Shown here piece by piece: positions 25,380 through 39,900 of a stretch of 64,000 nt of DNA (position 1 is its first letter; each line of letters begins with the position of its first letter). The stretch spans positions 496,001 through 560,000 of the forward strand of contig NW_026864815.1 of the NCBI RefSeq assembly GCF_026571515.1, read 5' to 3'. Made by a program: the position numbers and the translations under genes. The notes beneath the pieces are model-generated. The model did no database searches. It was not told the origin of the DNA and was given only the letters and a program-made list of their open reading frames with translations. This stretch comes from Ruditapes philippinarum. Taxonomy: Eukaryota.

Positions 25380-26490
25380 ACCCAAACTCGGAAAAGATTT
25401 CATTGATACCCCAAAGACCCCTGCCAAAATTTTTCAGTTTTAAATTTGTCCGTTATCTTTTCCAAAAAAAACTTTTTTGTTTTAATACATATAAAAACAA
25501 AAGCAAAAATTTAATTTAAAAGCCCTCTAGTGACAAAAAACTCTTTTAAAAATCTCTAAATTTCCCTTTCATATGCGGGCCATTTCTCTTTAGGGGAAAA
25601 ACCAAATTTTAAAAATATTTTTCAAAAAATAAGGGGAAAAATTCATTGGAAAAAAATTTAAAGAGAATTTTTCCAAATTTAAAAAACTATTTAAAACATT
25701 TATTTTAAAGTTAAAATTACAATGCACAAATTTTCTTTAAAAAATTTTCACATTTGTCCCCAAATTTATTTTAAAGTAGATCAGACCCCTTTCCCGAAAT
25801 TAAAATATTTTTCAGGGGAAAAAACAAAAAATTTCAAACCCCTTTTTTTTATGAAAATAAAATTTACCCTTAAAATCATTTTTATAAAATTTTGTTTTAA
25901 AGGGCAACGTCGAAAATGTCCCCTGCGAATTTCATTTTTGAAACCCAAATCTCCCTGCCCAAATTTATTGGGTGGTTAAAACCCCCGAGTGAAATATAAA
26001 AATTTAAAAAAAACCACTTTATGAAAACCCTTTGTATTTATTTAAAAAAAACTTAACCCTTTCTTTTTTTATTATTTTAAAATTTTTTGTTTGAAATTTA
26101 TTTCTACTACAAAATTTTTAAAAGGGAGAAAAAAACAACAAAAAACAACAAAAACAAACCCCAATCAGCCCGAGTAAATTTATAAACTTTTTATAGTCCA
26201 CATTTTATAAAGGGTAGAAAATTCAATTATTGATATCCAAAGTAAGACTATTTTTTTAAAATTATGGGGGATAGGGGACCAAAAATTTTTAATTACTTCT
26301 CCCCAAGTTTGTTTCCTTAAATTGGGTTTTTGTAAAAAACGTCATTAAAAAAAAACCCTTTTTACAGCTTTTTTTTAAACTTCCATTTTTTTCAGTTTTT
26401 GCCCCCTTTTTTTTTCCCCCCAACTGAAGCAATTTTCTAGGTTTAACTTTAGGCATTTGAAAATTTTTCATTTTTTTTTTGTTTTTGACA
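25380..26490. other. Homopolymer-inflated low-complexity block, probable low-quality consensus
   Basis: Abrupt excess of runs of all four bases without periodicity. It swallows the GPCR 3' end. Confidence 0.6.
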
Positions 26491-27564
26491 TTCTTTTCCT
26501 TTCCTGTCACATTCTTTGTCTCTATGCCTTAAGATGATACAGACCCCAAGGTTCAGCGTATCGCCAAGGTTAGTTACAGTCGTGTTGGCGATGATTAGGA
26601 ACATGGGAACGTTCTTGTCAAAGAACAACCAGATGCTGAAGACTGCGCATGTGAACCATTGAATGAAAAAAGCCAAAACAAACAATGACATATTTCTCGC
26701 AGCATAACGGGACTTGTCTGTAACACTAGAAGTCTTAAATGACTCAGTCACTCCAGCAACATGTTCCTTTATCCGCTTTCCATGTTAAGATATATAAGAT
26801 GATGTTAGCAGAAATTATAATTAGTAGAGGGACGGTCGTAAACAGAAATTTGTGTTATGCCGCCTTTGATTGGATCAAAACCACAGCTGTAATAATAAAA
26901 AACAATAAACAATGCTCTAACTGAATAAAAAAGAATAATACATAAATATGATATGGACTGTTAAACAATTGTATTTTGTGTTCTAAAATCAGTTACAAAT
27001 CGCCATGTTAAAAAATGAAGTAACTTACTATGTCCCATTTGGTCCAAGTTGGCCTCCGAGCACAGCTCCTATTTGGGCCAACAAAGGTACTCCGAATGCC
27101 CAAACCAACAACTTCCAATCCAGACGTCCAAAGTTTAAGTTCTTGTTGAAGTACATCATCATATATACATTGATAGCAACAATGTTTACTAACAAGTGCT
27201 GGGCATTGACAAATATCATCTGACCAAAACTGTACAACTCGCATAATTCTTTTGGTCGGGGATGATCCTTTCCAATAAAGTAGTGTAAATGGTCTATTCC
27301 GTGAAATAAGTTGAAGAAACCGTCACATATTGCAAGGTATACAATGAAACGTTCCTTCTTAGCACGCGAGAAGAACAATTTACGGTTTTTGTCAGAAAAT
27401 GACAAGACCATGACAATGACCACCGAACACAGGCTGATCGCGATACTGGCTAATGCTGAAATATGGATGATGTTAAAAGAACCGTCCTTCAAGCCAAACA
27501 CTGGTAAGTCATATCCACATTTTAGTGGATAAATATCCTCCGAGGAAGCTGTCGTATTATTCAT
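26449..27564 (-). CDS. Seven-transmembrane receptor, probably cAMP-receptor/GPR157-like; exons 27564..27029 and 26886..~26449; two frameshifts in exon 2, true stop uncertain
   Basis: TM1-4 lie in ORF 27028..27564 (ERFIVYLAICD, ELCELYSF, DWKLLVWAFGVP). Donor TA|GTAAGT at 27029/27028 and acceptor TTACAG|C at 26887/26886 give ...GPNGTYCGFDP. TM5 (FLFTTVPLLIIISANIILYILTW) appears after removing an extra A, and TM6-7 lie in ORF 26449..26751. Confidence 0.8.
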
Positions 27565-30500
27565 TATTATCTTACTATTCTGTTATATTAGATTGATAAT
27601 GTTGAACTGAGAAACTTCAATTTTTGATTATATTGTTTCTGTGTTTCAGGTACGTGGTTCACTACATGCATGCAGATGACACTTGATATCAAGCCTTTTT
27701 TTTTCTTCAAAATTTTCCTTGTGTTACTAACAATTTGTTATAGTCCTTTGTACATTTATGATATTTTACCAGAAAATTTTACAATTTCCTATGTTGTCTT
27801 CTCTTCCGAAATTAATAATTCGTACGAGACAGAAAGTGAAATGTTAGGAAACTCACACCAGCAGTCGCTTTTAATATAAGAGGTATGTGCTAACGTTAAC
27901 CTATAGCTATCAAGATTTTTGATTTATCGATTATACTTACCAATGAACAACGTCTGGCGTTATCACTATGCATCGATAAAAACAGAGAAAGCGAAACATA
28001 TTAGCAAATTATAATTAAAGTATCACGTGAATTTCAGAAATTACTTTATTTTATTAACAATAATCATCTTTTAAATGTAACGTTATCTTAGTAGGTAAAG
28101 TTAAATAGCAAAATGGATTTTGTCTCTTTCACATAAACTTTTTTAGACAATAAATTTAATCTGCACTGCCTCAAGGGAATAGAACATGCGTGGTCTCTTA
28201 ATCCAGGTGATCTCTAATGAGGGATAATGAGATTTGTCTGATCTTTTTTATTATTGTTTTGTTGTTGGGAGTTATAATAATCAAGTAGACTACACAAAAT
28301 AGTGATATAACACAAACACCTGTATATTCTACAAGATGTAAATTTATTCTGCTAAAACCCCTGACATCGAGACGCTGGTTATGGTTATACTGAGCATACA
28401 CAATATGTATATACAGCTGACAGCTGTTATTAATACACTTATCACTTGATAACCACTGTTAAGAGCAAGAAAATCTAATTTTCATTTGCATCTATAACCA
28501 ATTTTTATTACCTTTTCTTTCTTAGATTAAAACATATAAGAATATAAATGAATTGCTTTTACAAATGCTAAATACATTTAGCTGATAGATTTTTCTTAGA
28601 TTATTTTTCATCCCGGCTATATAACTCGAACCGTTTGAAAGATTTAACTTTGAAACTTCATTGGTAGTTATCCCAGCTTTGTACTTCTTGGGGTTATTAC
28701 CTTTTGGTGTGTTAAATGCCAATAAGTGCAAATGAACTATATTCTATTAATTTTAACTTTTATCATGTTTGGCGGGAAATTGGCAGATGTGTCTTTAAAT
28801 TAAGAGACCATTTTCAGATATTTGAAAATTTGAGTGATAAATGCCACCTATATTTGTGAATTTTATTGAAGCATTCAAAATGATTTTTTTTTTCAATCAA
28901 TTAATCTGCATAAGGAAAATATGTTTTTGTTAGTTAAATGCATTTAGGGAGTTTACACTTTAATTCAGTATGCATAGTTTAATTATAGTGTAACCTCTGT
29001 TTAGTAAGAAAATAATCACTGTTATTCTTAAAGTAAAAATGTACTAAGTTGTATTTCAAGAAAATTATTAAATATGATTTTTATGACCTGCAAAATTACT
29101 CTTCATTAAAGTACAAATGAAAATACATTTAAATTATTCTGTAGTGCAAACATGTTATTCACCTTCAGGCATAATCAAAATGCCATTCATGATCGGGCTA
29201 ATGCAACAATATCAATTTAACCGCGTATGGTTTCCATTCATCTGTTTCTGTAGAAATTATATCAATTAATAAGAGACTTGGTTCAGAGAAAATGGTTTTG
29301 GTGACCGTATTGTATTATATTTGTTAACTATATGTATGTGTGAGAGGAGACATTTCTAAAAATAATTTTATTTATCAAAATGTTGGTGTAATTTGAATTT
29401 GACATGGAGGTAACGTATTTAATTTTAGCTCTTCCTTCTTAACGTCTCTGCCTTCTTTAATTCTTTCTGACTTTAATAATTTCTGGCTTTAATACTTTCC
29501 ATAATCGGATCAGCGAATCCTTTATTACGGGTATATCCGGCTCGGTCACTTTTATTTCCAGTCACAGTAACATCATCTAAAGAGATCATTTGTTCCAGTT
29601 GACTGTATTATCTTCAGATCATTCAACTAAATGTCTCTCACATTTATTACTCAGATAATAGCTGTTTTAATTCATTCTTTTTAGCTTATTTGTAGAGAGC
29701 AAAACAGAGGTTCGTATTGAATGTATGCGCTCTACTTGTTTGCAATGTGGAAGTGCTTTGACCGTTAATGTATAGTTAATAGGTGTGTTAAATTAAATGT
29801 GATATTCACCAGGCTTAGACTGTAATATATTATATAATGATATAAGCATGTTTTAATGTGTCATTAATAATGGCATTAATTTAAGCAAACTTTAAACTAT
29901 ATTTTCATGTCATTAACTTATTATTTAAGCTATATTCCATCTATAGTCGTAGACAATAATGATGTGCCAAGCCTTTGATGTTTTGACCTTTGAGGAGTAT
30001 CACATAGAACGCTGCCTGATTAGACTTTTACTAAATTCCTTTAACATTTTATAATCCTTTTATATTTCCTTTAACATTTTATAATCCCTTTTGCTTCATA
30101 CTGGCAATGTTTACGCAAGATTGACAAACACACTAACCTCCTCCTTAAATTATTATGAGTGGTCTTAAAGATATTTTCGGAACGTTTTAAATAAAAGTAC
30201 GAAATACTGTCTTCCACAATGTTAAAGTAAGCACCCAGGGAATGACCTTTTAGTGAAAAATCTTGAGAAAGTGTGATCCCTCGAAAGCATTAATAACAAC
30301 AAAATAACATAAAAATTGTCGACTCGGTTTGATCGAGTCTGTACATGAGGGATAATGAAAAAGTGCAACATTCCTCATGCCCTCTAACACCAGTTTGAGC
30401 TAGCACCGTTTTGAGCGGTACTCAATTTTCAACACTTACAGCAGCTGTTTGCAAAGTGGTGGGAATGTACAACTTCAGAAAGAAAAGTCAATCGAGGAAG

Positions 30501-33500
30501 GCAATTCAACTTCATGTATATAATGAACTGTATGTAAAACAATAAAAAGGAAAGTCGAAAACAATCCAAGTGCATATGATCATTATAATAATATCAATAA
30601 TACGAGGTAATGTGTATACCTTAACCTGTAACAGTTGTTTACAGAAGCTTGCATCAATCACTACCATGAACAAGCTTAATCACACCGAGCCTGTAATATA
30701 TTCAGTTTTGCCATGTTTGGTGTTCTTATAATAGTATCTGTCTTATGATTACTTGAGCCTGAATGCTGTTGTTTCAAAACCATAAGAGGCGTTGACTTTT
30801 TCATTAAGCTTTCCGGGTATATTTCATGTAAGGCAATGCCCTCTTATGACTGTAGCAACGTATGTCTGAGTAGTAGTTAGGGTGTTCTGCTACTAGTTAT
30901 ACTAGAAAGTGGCAATATGTGACTTAATTGATGTGTGTGACTTTAACCCAAATCATTTGTATTATTAATTAACTTTTCTATATATGGCACGTTTTCATTT
31001 CAAATGTACGGCTAATGTTAAGAGAAAACTCGACTATTATGAGATTGAAGAATTTTGATTGGCTCTCAAGCTCGCTATTACAAATCTGCATTTTTTTTTC
31101 ACTGAAAAAGGCGCCATTTTGAAAACCTGATAAGTATTCCTATAGTGAGAGGATTCACTGCATAGTTAGGAATTAAGAAACATCCGCGGACGGTTTCAAA
31201 CGCAAACTAAACAGAATGTAAGCGTATCACAGACAGTTGCCAAAAAAGACTGCATATCTTGATAATGCTTCAACATTTTGCCAATGAGTGACTGGCAATC
31301 ATTTCTCAAAATAAATGTTTCATTTATTGTAGTCCTAGACCAATAACATGTGCAAGATTTCAAATCATTTGGTCACTCCATTTTTCCAGAATATTTATCT
31401 AATTGTGAAAAATGTCTCACAATTGAAAAGCATTGCAACGCTTTTCGCTTGGATCAGGCTAAGCATACCACAAAAATGCATTCTGTGTCTTGTTCTCTAA
31501 ATTGTCTTTTCCATTGTTTTCTGTCTTATTAATTTATTTTGGGATAATTATTTATACATATTACATTTGTCCATCTTCTATGCATATTGATTTACATACA
31601 GGATTCCACAGAGCTGTATCAGTACTAAGGGTGTAGTACTTAAGTACCAGTACCAGCTCTTGTCAAGTTATGCAGTACCATTACTAGATACCAGTACGTT
31701 TTAGGGGTAGTAATTAAGTATCAGTACCATTTCTTTTATATATTCATCAAAGTTTGAATAAATACACCGTGTCAAACAAAAGAGTTGCAAATATTATTCA
31801 GCAAAGAAATAAAATCATTATTTACTTTAAAGTTAACATTACATTTTTACAACTTTAATGTTTTAAACATACTTTTACAAACAATATTTACAACATATGT
31901 TCATGGTGCTGACAATATCAATTTAGAATAGAAGTAATTAATTAGTGTTTATTTTGCTCTTTTTACTAGTAAGTACAAAGTAATAAAAGATTGTAATAAG
32001 GATATTTTATGGTAAAGACTAAAGAGTTATTGGGTTTGTTTATCACAATTTAATTTTTACTTCAAGTCTTTGAAATGCAGAATTTCAAATGCATAGTTGC
32101 CATTGTAAGGAATAGCATTGTAGATTGGTAATGTAGAACTGGTATCATGCTTTTGATTTAAGTCTTGTGGAAGAAGACAATAACAATGGATCACAAAAGA
32201 GGAGATGAAGGTGGGGGAGAGATTTACTGGCCTTTGGTGTTTATCGATTTGTGCCATCTTTATGGCAAAGTTTTTTTTAGAAAAATTATTAATACATTCT
32301 ATTTACAGAAAGAACAATTCGCCGTTCCAAAAAAAAATCTCCCGGATATTTAACTCGCCAGGTTTACTTTGGGCCTTATATTGATGTAAAGAAGACCCAC
32401 AGAAGTAATGGAAAAACGAATCTGCAAAATAATCAGACAAATAGTTTTTTACGGTTGCTCACAAAAACGCGAAATTTCCAGGGCATTTTGCTTGGTTTAA
32501 GGCTTTGGGCCTTATAAATCCAGTAAAGAAGACCGTCCAAAATATAGTAAAAAACGAATCTGGTTTGGCTCAAGAACCAACTCTACTTGCTTACCTTCTG
32601 ACATAGTTTAATAATTTCCAGAAACTTCATTCCGAGTTGCTTTTATGGATTTTGGTTTCTGCCTGGTTGTATTTGTTCAGGGAACACAAAGATCGTATTT
32701 AGCAGACGACAGTTTAGTAAGGAATCGTGTTCTTAACAATAGGTGCGGTATTTTTTCTCTGGATCAACATTAATCGTTTTAAAAGCACACATTAAACATA
32801 TTAAAATACATAAATACATTGATAACAAAAGCAGGCACTGAATGAATTAATGAAATGGCAATAATCATACAAAGTATCAGATGTATCGCTTTGGGAATCA
32901 AGTAAATGACAACCACACTATATTAACGCTATTAAAATGGGTAGAGATATCAACACAATTATTAAAGCTTATTTGAAGAGGAATATCTACTCTACTTTGT
33001 CAAATACAACGATCGAGTGTCAAATATAAATGACTCTAAAAGTTGATATAAATTTATACAAGGAGTGTTCAAATATAAATGCATCTATTCAATAATGCGA
33101 AAGTCGATAGGACATTTAGATTATTGAGTAGATATGTGTTAGTGTTACATTAGTGATAACACACTCATTAATAATCATGTACGTTCAATGTATCTGTGTA
33201 TTTTTGCTGGCGTTTTCTGTTGATTATTAAGTAGCTAGAGTACACAGGTGCTTTTTTGGTTCTTGGGCAGAAAAAAGCCATATGAAAATTATTTATAAAA
33301 ATATGGGAAAAAGAATGCAAATAAAATTGTTTTCAAAAGTCATGAAAATAACTCTTAACTCCGTCCGCTCCTTTAATGAAGAGTATAAATAAATTTGCGG
33401 CCAGAAATGCTTTAAGTACAAGTTAATTTTAGTTAACAACCAATTAATACATGCTTGAACAAAACATTTAAATGAACCTTTATTTGGAAAATGCAAATTA

Positions 33501-33921
33501 CAACATTTATAGCACTGAGAGAAAAATAATTGTTTTGATAAATAAGCTTCAAAACCTATTGATTTGCATACCAATCTTCCTCAATGTCGTTTTAGTGGCG
33601 AAACATTCATTGACAATTTAAGAAAAAACACAATGTTCAGAACACAGCGTGTATGGCAAAAGACCATGAATTAAAAATCAGATAAAATAAATGTCAAGAA
33701 GATTATATACATGCATATCATTTCCTCACTCATTATGGGACCAAAAATATCATGTTATTATTTCTTATTTAATCTGTTTGTGGGTACAACGAGAAGCAAA
33801 AGTAATTATCAAATTTAAAAATTGTTATGAATACGTTACGTTACGGTACGGAAATTAGCACCTGTATGCGGTACTTTCACCTCACTGTACAGAAATTAGA
33901 CATATGTTAACAAGAAAAAAA

Positions 33922-36900
33922 ATGGCTGAAAAAGAAAGAAATAAAGATTTTGTTTCCTCTTTGTTTTTCTTACAACGAAGACATTTGAAATTTATTATAG
34001 CGGTTTATTTTGTTTGTATGATAACTATAGTTTTGTCTACTGATGAGAAAAATTGTAATGGTGTTACTTGCTATAATGGAAATTGTACACAAAATGCGAA
34101 AAATAACACAGTCTGTCAGTGTTTTGACGGATGGACGGGGAGTTCTTGTTCACTGTGTATTGGGAGGATAAAGTAAGTATGGTTTAAAACGTTGGAAAAA
34201 GGATAAACATTATAAGAAAGTTATTCACGTTTACTTGTTTGTTGGTTTTTTTTTCTTCAAAATACTGAAGTAAATTAGGTTGGTCACACCCAAACCGCAG
34301 GTGGGTCTGTCTCTTATGAAAGAGGAAGTATTTCTAGCAGACCTGTCATTCACTGTTCCAATTAATTTTATATGTCTGTGCCAAACCCACTTTTTACATA
34401 TATTTATTTATGTAGATTTCCTAAAAGCTTCTTATACAGGCAGTGAGACTGGTGTCTACAGGACAACTTATTAAACTTGTCATAGTATATTGACATGCCG
34501 AAGCTTGTAAGTTGATTCTGAGATATTTTCGTGCTGGGTCAGAATCTCACTTTTAGAGACGAGATATGGGGGTAATTGCCCAGACACGAAAATAGGACAA
34601 TATCTTGTCACACAGTACTTAAAATTAGTTGGACTAGTCATAGAGACATCGAGATAATTTTAGACAGGCGATGTCTTTTTCTAATATTTTGATAGTATAG
34701 AATAAAAAAAATTGTAAAATGGGTCAAACCGTTAAAGCGGAATTAATTAGGTTTAAGGCTCGTGAAAATGCCCGATCAGGCTTAAGACATAAAAAATCAT
34801 ATTTCTAGAAAAAAAAATATTTCTGTTAACTTAGTTTGTGTATTGAGCATAATATACTACATAAACTGTTTAAACAGAAAGAAAAATATTTGTGTACCCT
34901 CACAAAACCCTCACTTTTGTGAGAATTTTTTCTACTTTTCATGTTTATATAACACATGATTTTTTAAAGTCCCTTCATATTATAATATTATGAGTAAATA
35001 TTAGAGGCTTTTAAAAGCTTTTTCATCAGCAAAGAGCCAGACCTACCTGGACGTACATGTACATTTGTATTTGCAGTCTGATACGCTCTATGCTCATAGT
35101 CATGATAATACTGTTAGTATAATTGTTCAATTTTTGTATTTTGATATAGAAATCCCTTAGACTTTGAATGGACTATTCTAAATTCAAAGCACGGAAAATC
35201 CATTATACAACTTCATCAGGCTAAGAAAAAAAAAAACACTAGTATTTCGCCATTTAAAATTTACTTCTTCAGTCAAATTTGCTGCAATATTGTAATGTTT
35301 AATCTCAGAAATGTTATCATTTGTATTTCTCAAAATCTTTTTATTTTAAGTATACATAGTGTTACACTGTTACAGTTTAAAGGCAAAAAAATCATTTGTC
35401 AAGTGAATGAAACATGTATCATTAATTCTTTGGCTTTTTTTGCTCTGGTGGCAATTGGTAGTTGTACATGTAAAATTTTAGTCAATTTGTATTTTTAATG
35501 GAAGTCAAATTGAAAATACTTCCTTGTTTACCGTTTGCTACCTTTACAACACATTTCTGCATGTTGTTTCTGCAGTTGTGTAACTGTTACACCATTTATT
35601 AACTTCTATTTGTAACATGCTGGAAATCCATTAAAAAACATTTCTGTACAAAATTTAAAAAAAAAGTTTGTGGGGCATACTGTGGCTTTAAACCAACTAA
35701 AATATTTGAACAAAGTTTTAAATGTAAACATAGACTTCCTTAAAGGCAATAAACCATGTCTTATCACTATGCTCTTGATTTTTGTAGCTTAATATCATAA
35801 ATTTTTTCTTGTACAAATATAAAATGAATATTTATGATTTATATCAATTTATGGAGTTAAACTTTTTAAAGTGAATATGCAATATTTATAGAATGGTCTT
35901 TTTATAGACATGTGCATGTATGTTTGGGGAATTCATGGTGGGAGGGGGGTTCTCTTCTTTATTTTGTTTATTTTTGGAAAAGCATACAGTCCTTTGAATT
36001 GGAGAGAGAATAAATCAGCACAAATTCTTTAATAGAAATGAAAACTTGCAAACAAAATAGATAAAGATAGTTTATTCAAAGAATTAATGTCATGTTCTTA
36101 AACATGATGATTTTTTTATCAAGGAATCAAAACAATTGTTTCTTTTTCCTTTGTATTTCTGACAAAAAAGTGCAGTGTCAAAAGAAATGCAACCATTAGG
36201 TAATTTTCATTATTAAAAAAGAAAATGTTTTGTATAGCCTCAAGAATGCCACATTTTACCACATGTAATTTATTGGGAAGGGACGCTGGATTGCCATTTT
36301 GGGGCCTGATATTAATATCTTATGTTACAAAGTCATTATGTCAGAGTACATAAATTTTTATACTTAAGTACTATTGTTTCCTATATAAAGTATAACACCT
36401 TCATTTATTAAAATTATATTCCAGATACTTGGTTGGTACTTTCCATGGACTTTCACAATGGGCTGGGTTTGAGGCTAACTGGGTCAATGTCATGCCATGG
36501 TAGTTAGATCTTAAAAAAAAATATTCCCACTTGTATTTACTTACATGTATTGTTTTGTTGTAGCTAAAATGAACATGTACATCAGGAAACATCCATTTGG
36601 GTTACGTACAAGTAATTTTAAGATATCGTTCTTTTTTTTTCTTCAGATTAACATCAAATTCGGGTATTATAACAGATGGGCAAGGTAATTATTCTGTTGA
36701 TAACAAATGCATGTGGCTGGTGGAGCCGGACTCCGGGGGATTGCCATTAAGACTGACAACTACACAATTTGCTACAGAGTGCGGATGGGATCATTTGTAT
36801 ATATTTGATGGAGATTCTCTATACTCACCATTAATAGCTGCATACAGGTAAGAAAATGTTTGTCATGATTTGAAGGAAGTTTAGATTATAAACATGTTAT

Positions 36901-39900
36901 CATTATCAGAATCATCATTTCATGGGGCTTCATTAGCCAAGTGAGTAAGGTTGTTGACTTCAAACCACTCACCCTTAGTCTCTGTAGGTTCGAATCCCAA
37001 CTGGACTTTGTATGCTTTCATGTTAGGAAGCTATCCAGCTAACTTACAGAATGTCGGTGGTTCTACTCAGGTTCTGTTAGTGCCTCATAATATGAGCGCG
37101 GAAGGGCACCTGAAATCTTCCTCCACCAGTAAAGCTGGAAAGTTACCAAATGACCTATACTCTGTCGGTGAGATGTAAAACCCAACAACAACAACAATAA
37201 AAAACAACAAATCATCATTTAGATTTGAATTATTTTATATCCTTACAATATATTGATCCAGCAAAAGTGTCCCTTTCCTGTTTCAGTTTCAGTCAATTAT
37301 AGCTACATGTACCATGGTAATAGTACATGAACTTGTGCAAAACTTTTCTTGTGTTTGTTTGAAAATGTTATTTTTATTAGCTTGACTACTTGAAAAATAG
37401 AGAGAACTACATGTATTGTACTCACCCAGGCATTTGCATCACACTTTGGTTATGTTTTTGTGTGTAAGTGGGTATCTCCAAAAGTAATGAAAGGAATAGG
37501 TTGAAATTTCACACACATATTTGAAAGCACGAAAGGTCACTGTCCATGGCCAATAACTCTATATGAATTACCATGGATTTATACAGAATAATACTTAGAC
37601 AAATCCACATTATCCAGGCTGTTGTTTTGCTATTCAGCACTGAAAATAGTCAAGCATGCCTTTGTTTAAGTTATATATCTTGTATTCAAGGTTTGATCAT
37701 GAAAGTTTATTTCTTGTTTTAGTGGATTAGTACAGCCATATGTTAATGCCAGCAATGACATTGAAGAGATTGTGGCTCATTCCGGAAAGGCTTATATGTA
37801 CTTCTACAGTGATGCCGCATATAACATGACTGGATTTACCATACAATACAGGTATCTGAAACAATTATTCTTAAAATTGATGTAATTTGTTTTGTAGTTT
37901 AAACATTATTTATGAGCCTGATTATAAAGAAAGCTTTCAGCTTTCCTGAACCACTCTTGAGTCAGCTTCCTGGACTAACAGTGTTTTTTTTCACCAAAAT
38001 ATTCGGCGAAATTCTCCCTATTCCCCCCTCAAAATAGTATGTTTTTTTCCCCCCTCAAAGCTGAAATTTTCCCCTATAATATGGCAGCCCAAATCTGCCT
38101 GCAATGAATATCATTTTTTTGCAACTAACTGCCGAAAAATGCTTTATTTTATGCCTGTAAGACTTACTGTTGAGCAAGGTTTTTCATATAGGTAAGGGGA
38201 GCTACTCCTGGTATCCCAACAAGTTTATCATGTGACACATCAATATTTTAGATCCGTATAAAAATCCCCCTCCTGTTGCATTTTTCCCCCTCCAATGGGC
38301 ACTGACCCCCTTCCCCCAAAAGTGAAAAAAAACACTGACTAACCAGTACTGCATTTGAGGATATAAAACTTTTTTCTGTGCACTGTCTTGAATCTCATGA
38401 TGTTGATTGGACATTATACATTCCCTGCTGGTTTTTTACCAGTTAAATACCTGAGATGGAAGTTTAAGCTTAGAAAAAAAAAATAACCTCTGACCCTGGT
38501 GTCACATATGGAAATATGCCATGACCACAGTAGGGCAGGGACCCACTCTGGCATTGATTTCAACTGAATGTTTCCTCTTTGTGAAATTTAAAGCTCATAT
38601 ATAGCTCATTTGTTACTATCAAACACTATGAATAGTGAATAGTCAAGTGCTATGTATTTCTGACAGCCTCTTGCTTTCTAAATTTCTATAGAAGTCATTG
38701 TAATTTTTTCAGATGTCAATATTTAAATGATAAAAGCTTAAGTAAGAAAAAATGTTTTGTAAAAGGTTTAAATTTGTCATCATTTGGTTACCCAAATCAT
38801 ATGAAATACATGTAGAACTAAAAAGAAACTGCCTTTGGGCTTTAGATAAAAGATTTTATGCTTCTGTGTTATTTATTGACTTTCTTTAATTTATTTTCAG
38901 TGTAAGCAATTGTCCTAAGAACTGTTCCGGACATGGTGAATGTGTAAATTCAACATGTATTTGTGACACTGGATATATAGGTGAAACATGTTGGACAGAA
39001 CTGTGCCCAAATAATTGTTCAGGAAATGGAGTATGTAATAAAGATACTGGCAGATGTCTTTGTAATCGACAATATAAAGGTATAATCTTTCAAAAAAACA
39101 ACTTTTTCATAGCTCAGTGGTTGACATTCTAGATTAAAATCACTTACATGTACCATTCTTTTCTGTTTGATTGGTATCTTCCTTCCCACACCACATATCT
39201 TTGGGATGCTTAGTTATTACATATCATTGTGAGTAAGCTTTCATTTAGATGATTGAATATTACCCAAGTGCCTTAAATTATCCTTAAAGCTAGAAATTAA
39301 CAATATGGCCTTAACAGGGTTGGTTTAATTGGTTTGACTTATTGTGGATTGGATTACAATGGGCACATTTAATTAAAATAATTTAATAATTTAAATAAAA
39401 AGCAATAGAAACATCATTTGGATGTTCATAGCAAATAATATTTTTTAGGAAAAAAATTGTTGATAGAGTTCTAGGTGACTTAGAAAATGGAAAATAATAT
39501 ACACGTATTAAGTACAATATGTAGATAATATGTATGTAATATTTAATCAGGGATTTACATCACTTTCAAATTATTTTTTTTTTGGTAATTTACGTGAATT
39601 GAAAGTGCTGTTTGCAGTGTGTAAATGACTTTCTTTATTCACTAGAAAATTGAATTTCTTTCTTCACTTGAAAATATACTTTTAATACATTGTCAATGAA
39701 AAATTAGCCTGAATCTGGACTGGAGGTGGGCTGCTTTAACAAAATGGCAAACAATAAACAAAGGCCACAGTACCATATAAGATATGGTAAAGACAGTTAT
39801 AATTAGTTCTTAATGGTACTTTATACTGCTTAGTATATTACTACCTGACATTTGCCTTGTGACCTCCATGTAACATAAAATTTCAATTATATACATTAAC

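Noticed and set aside
25722-26510. K/F-rich ORFs
   Set aside because: Products of homopolymer-inflated sequence.
30870-30890. Telomerase RNA template (ACCCTAAC on the minus strand)
   Set aside because: Only an 8-nt match, with no recognisable pseudoknot, CR4/5 or H/ACA domain.
32360-32565. Two ~55-bp similar motifs and a possible transposase relic
   Set aside because: Too degenerate; no convincing protein motif or element boundaries.
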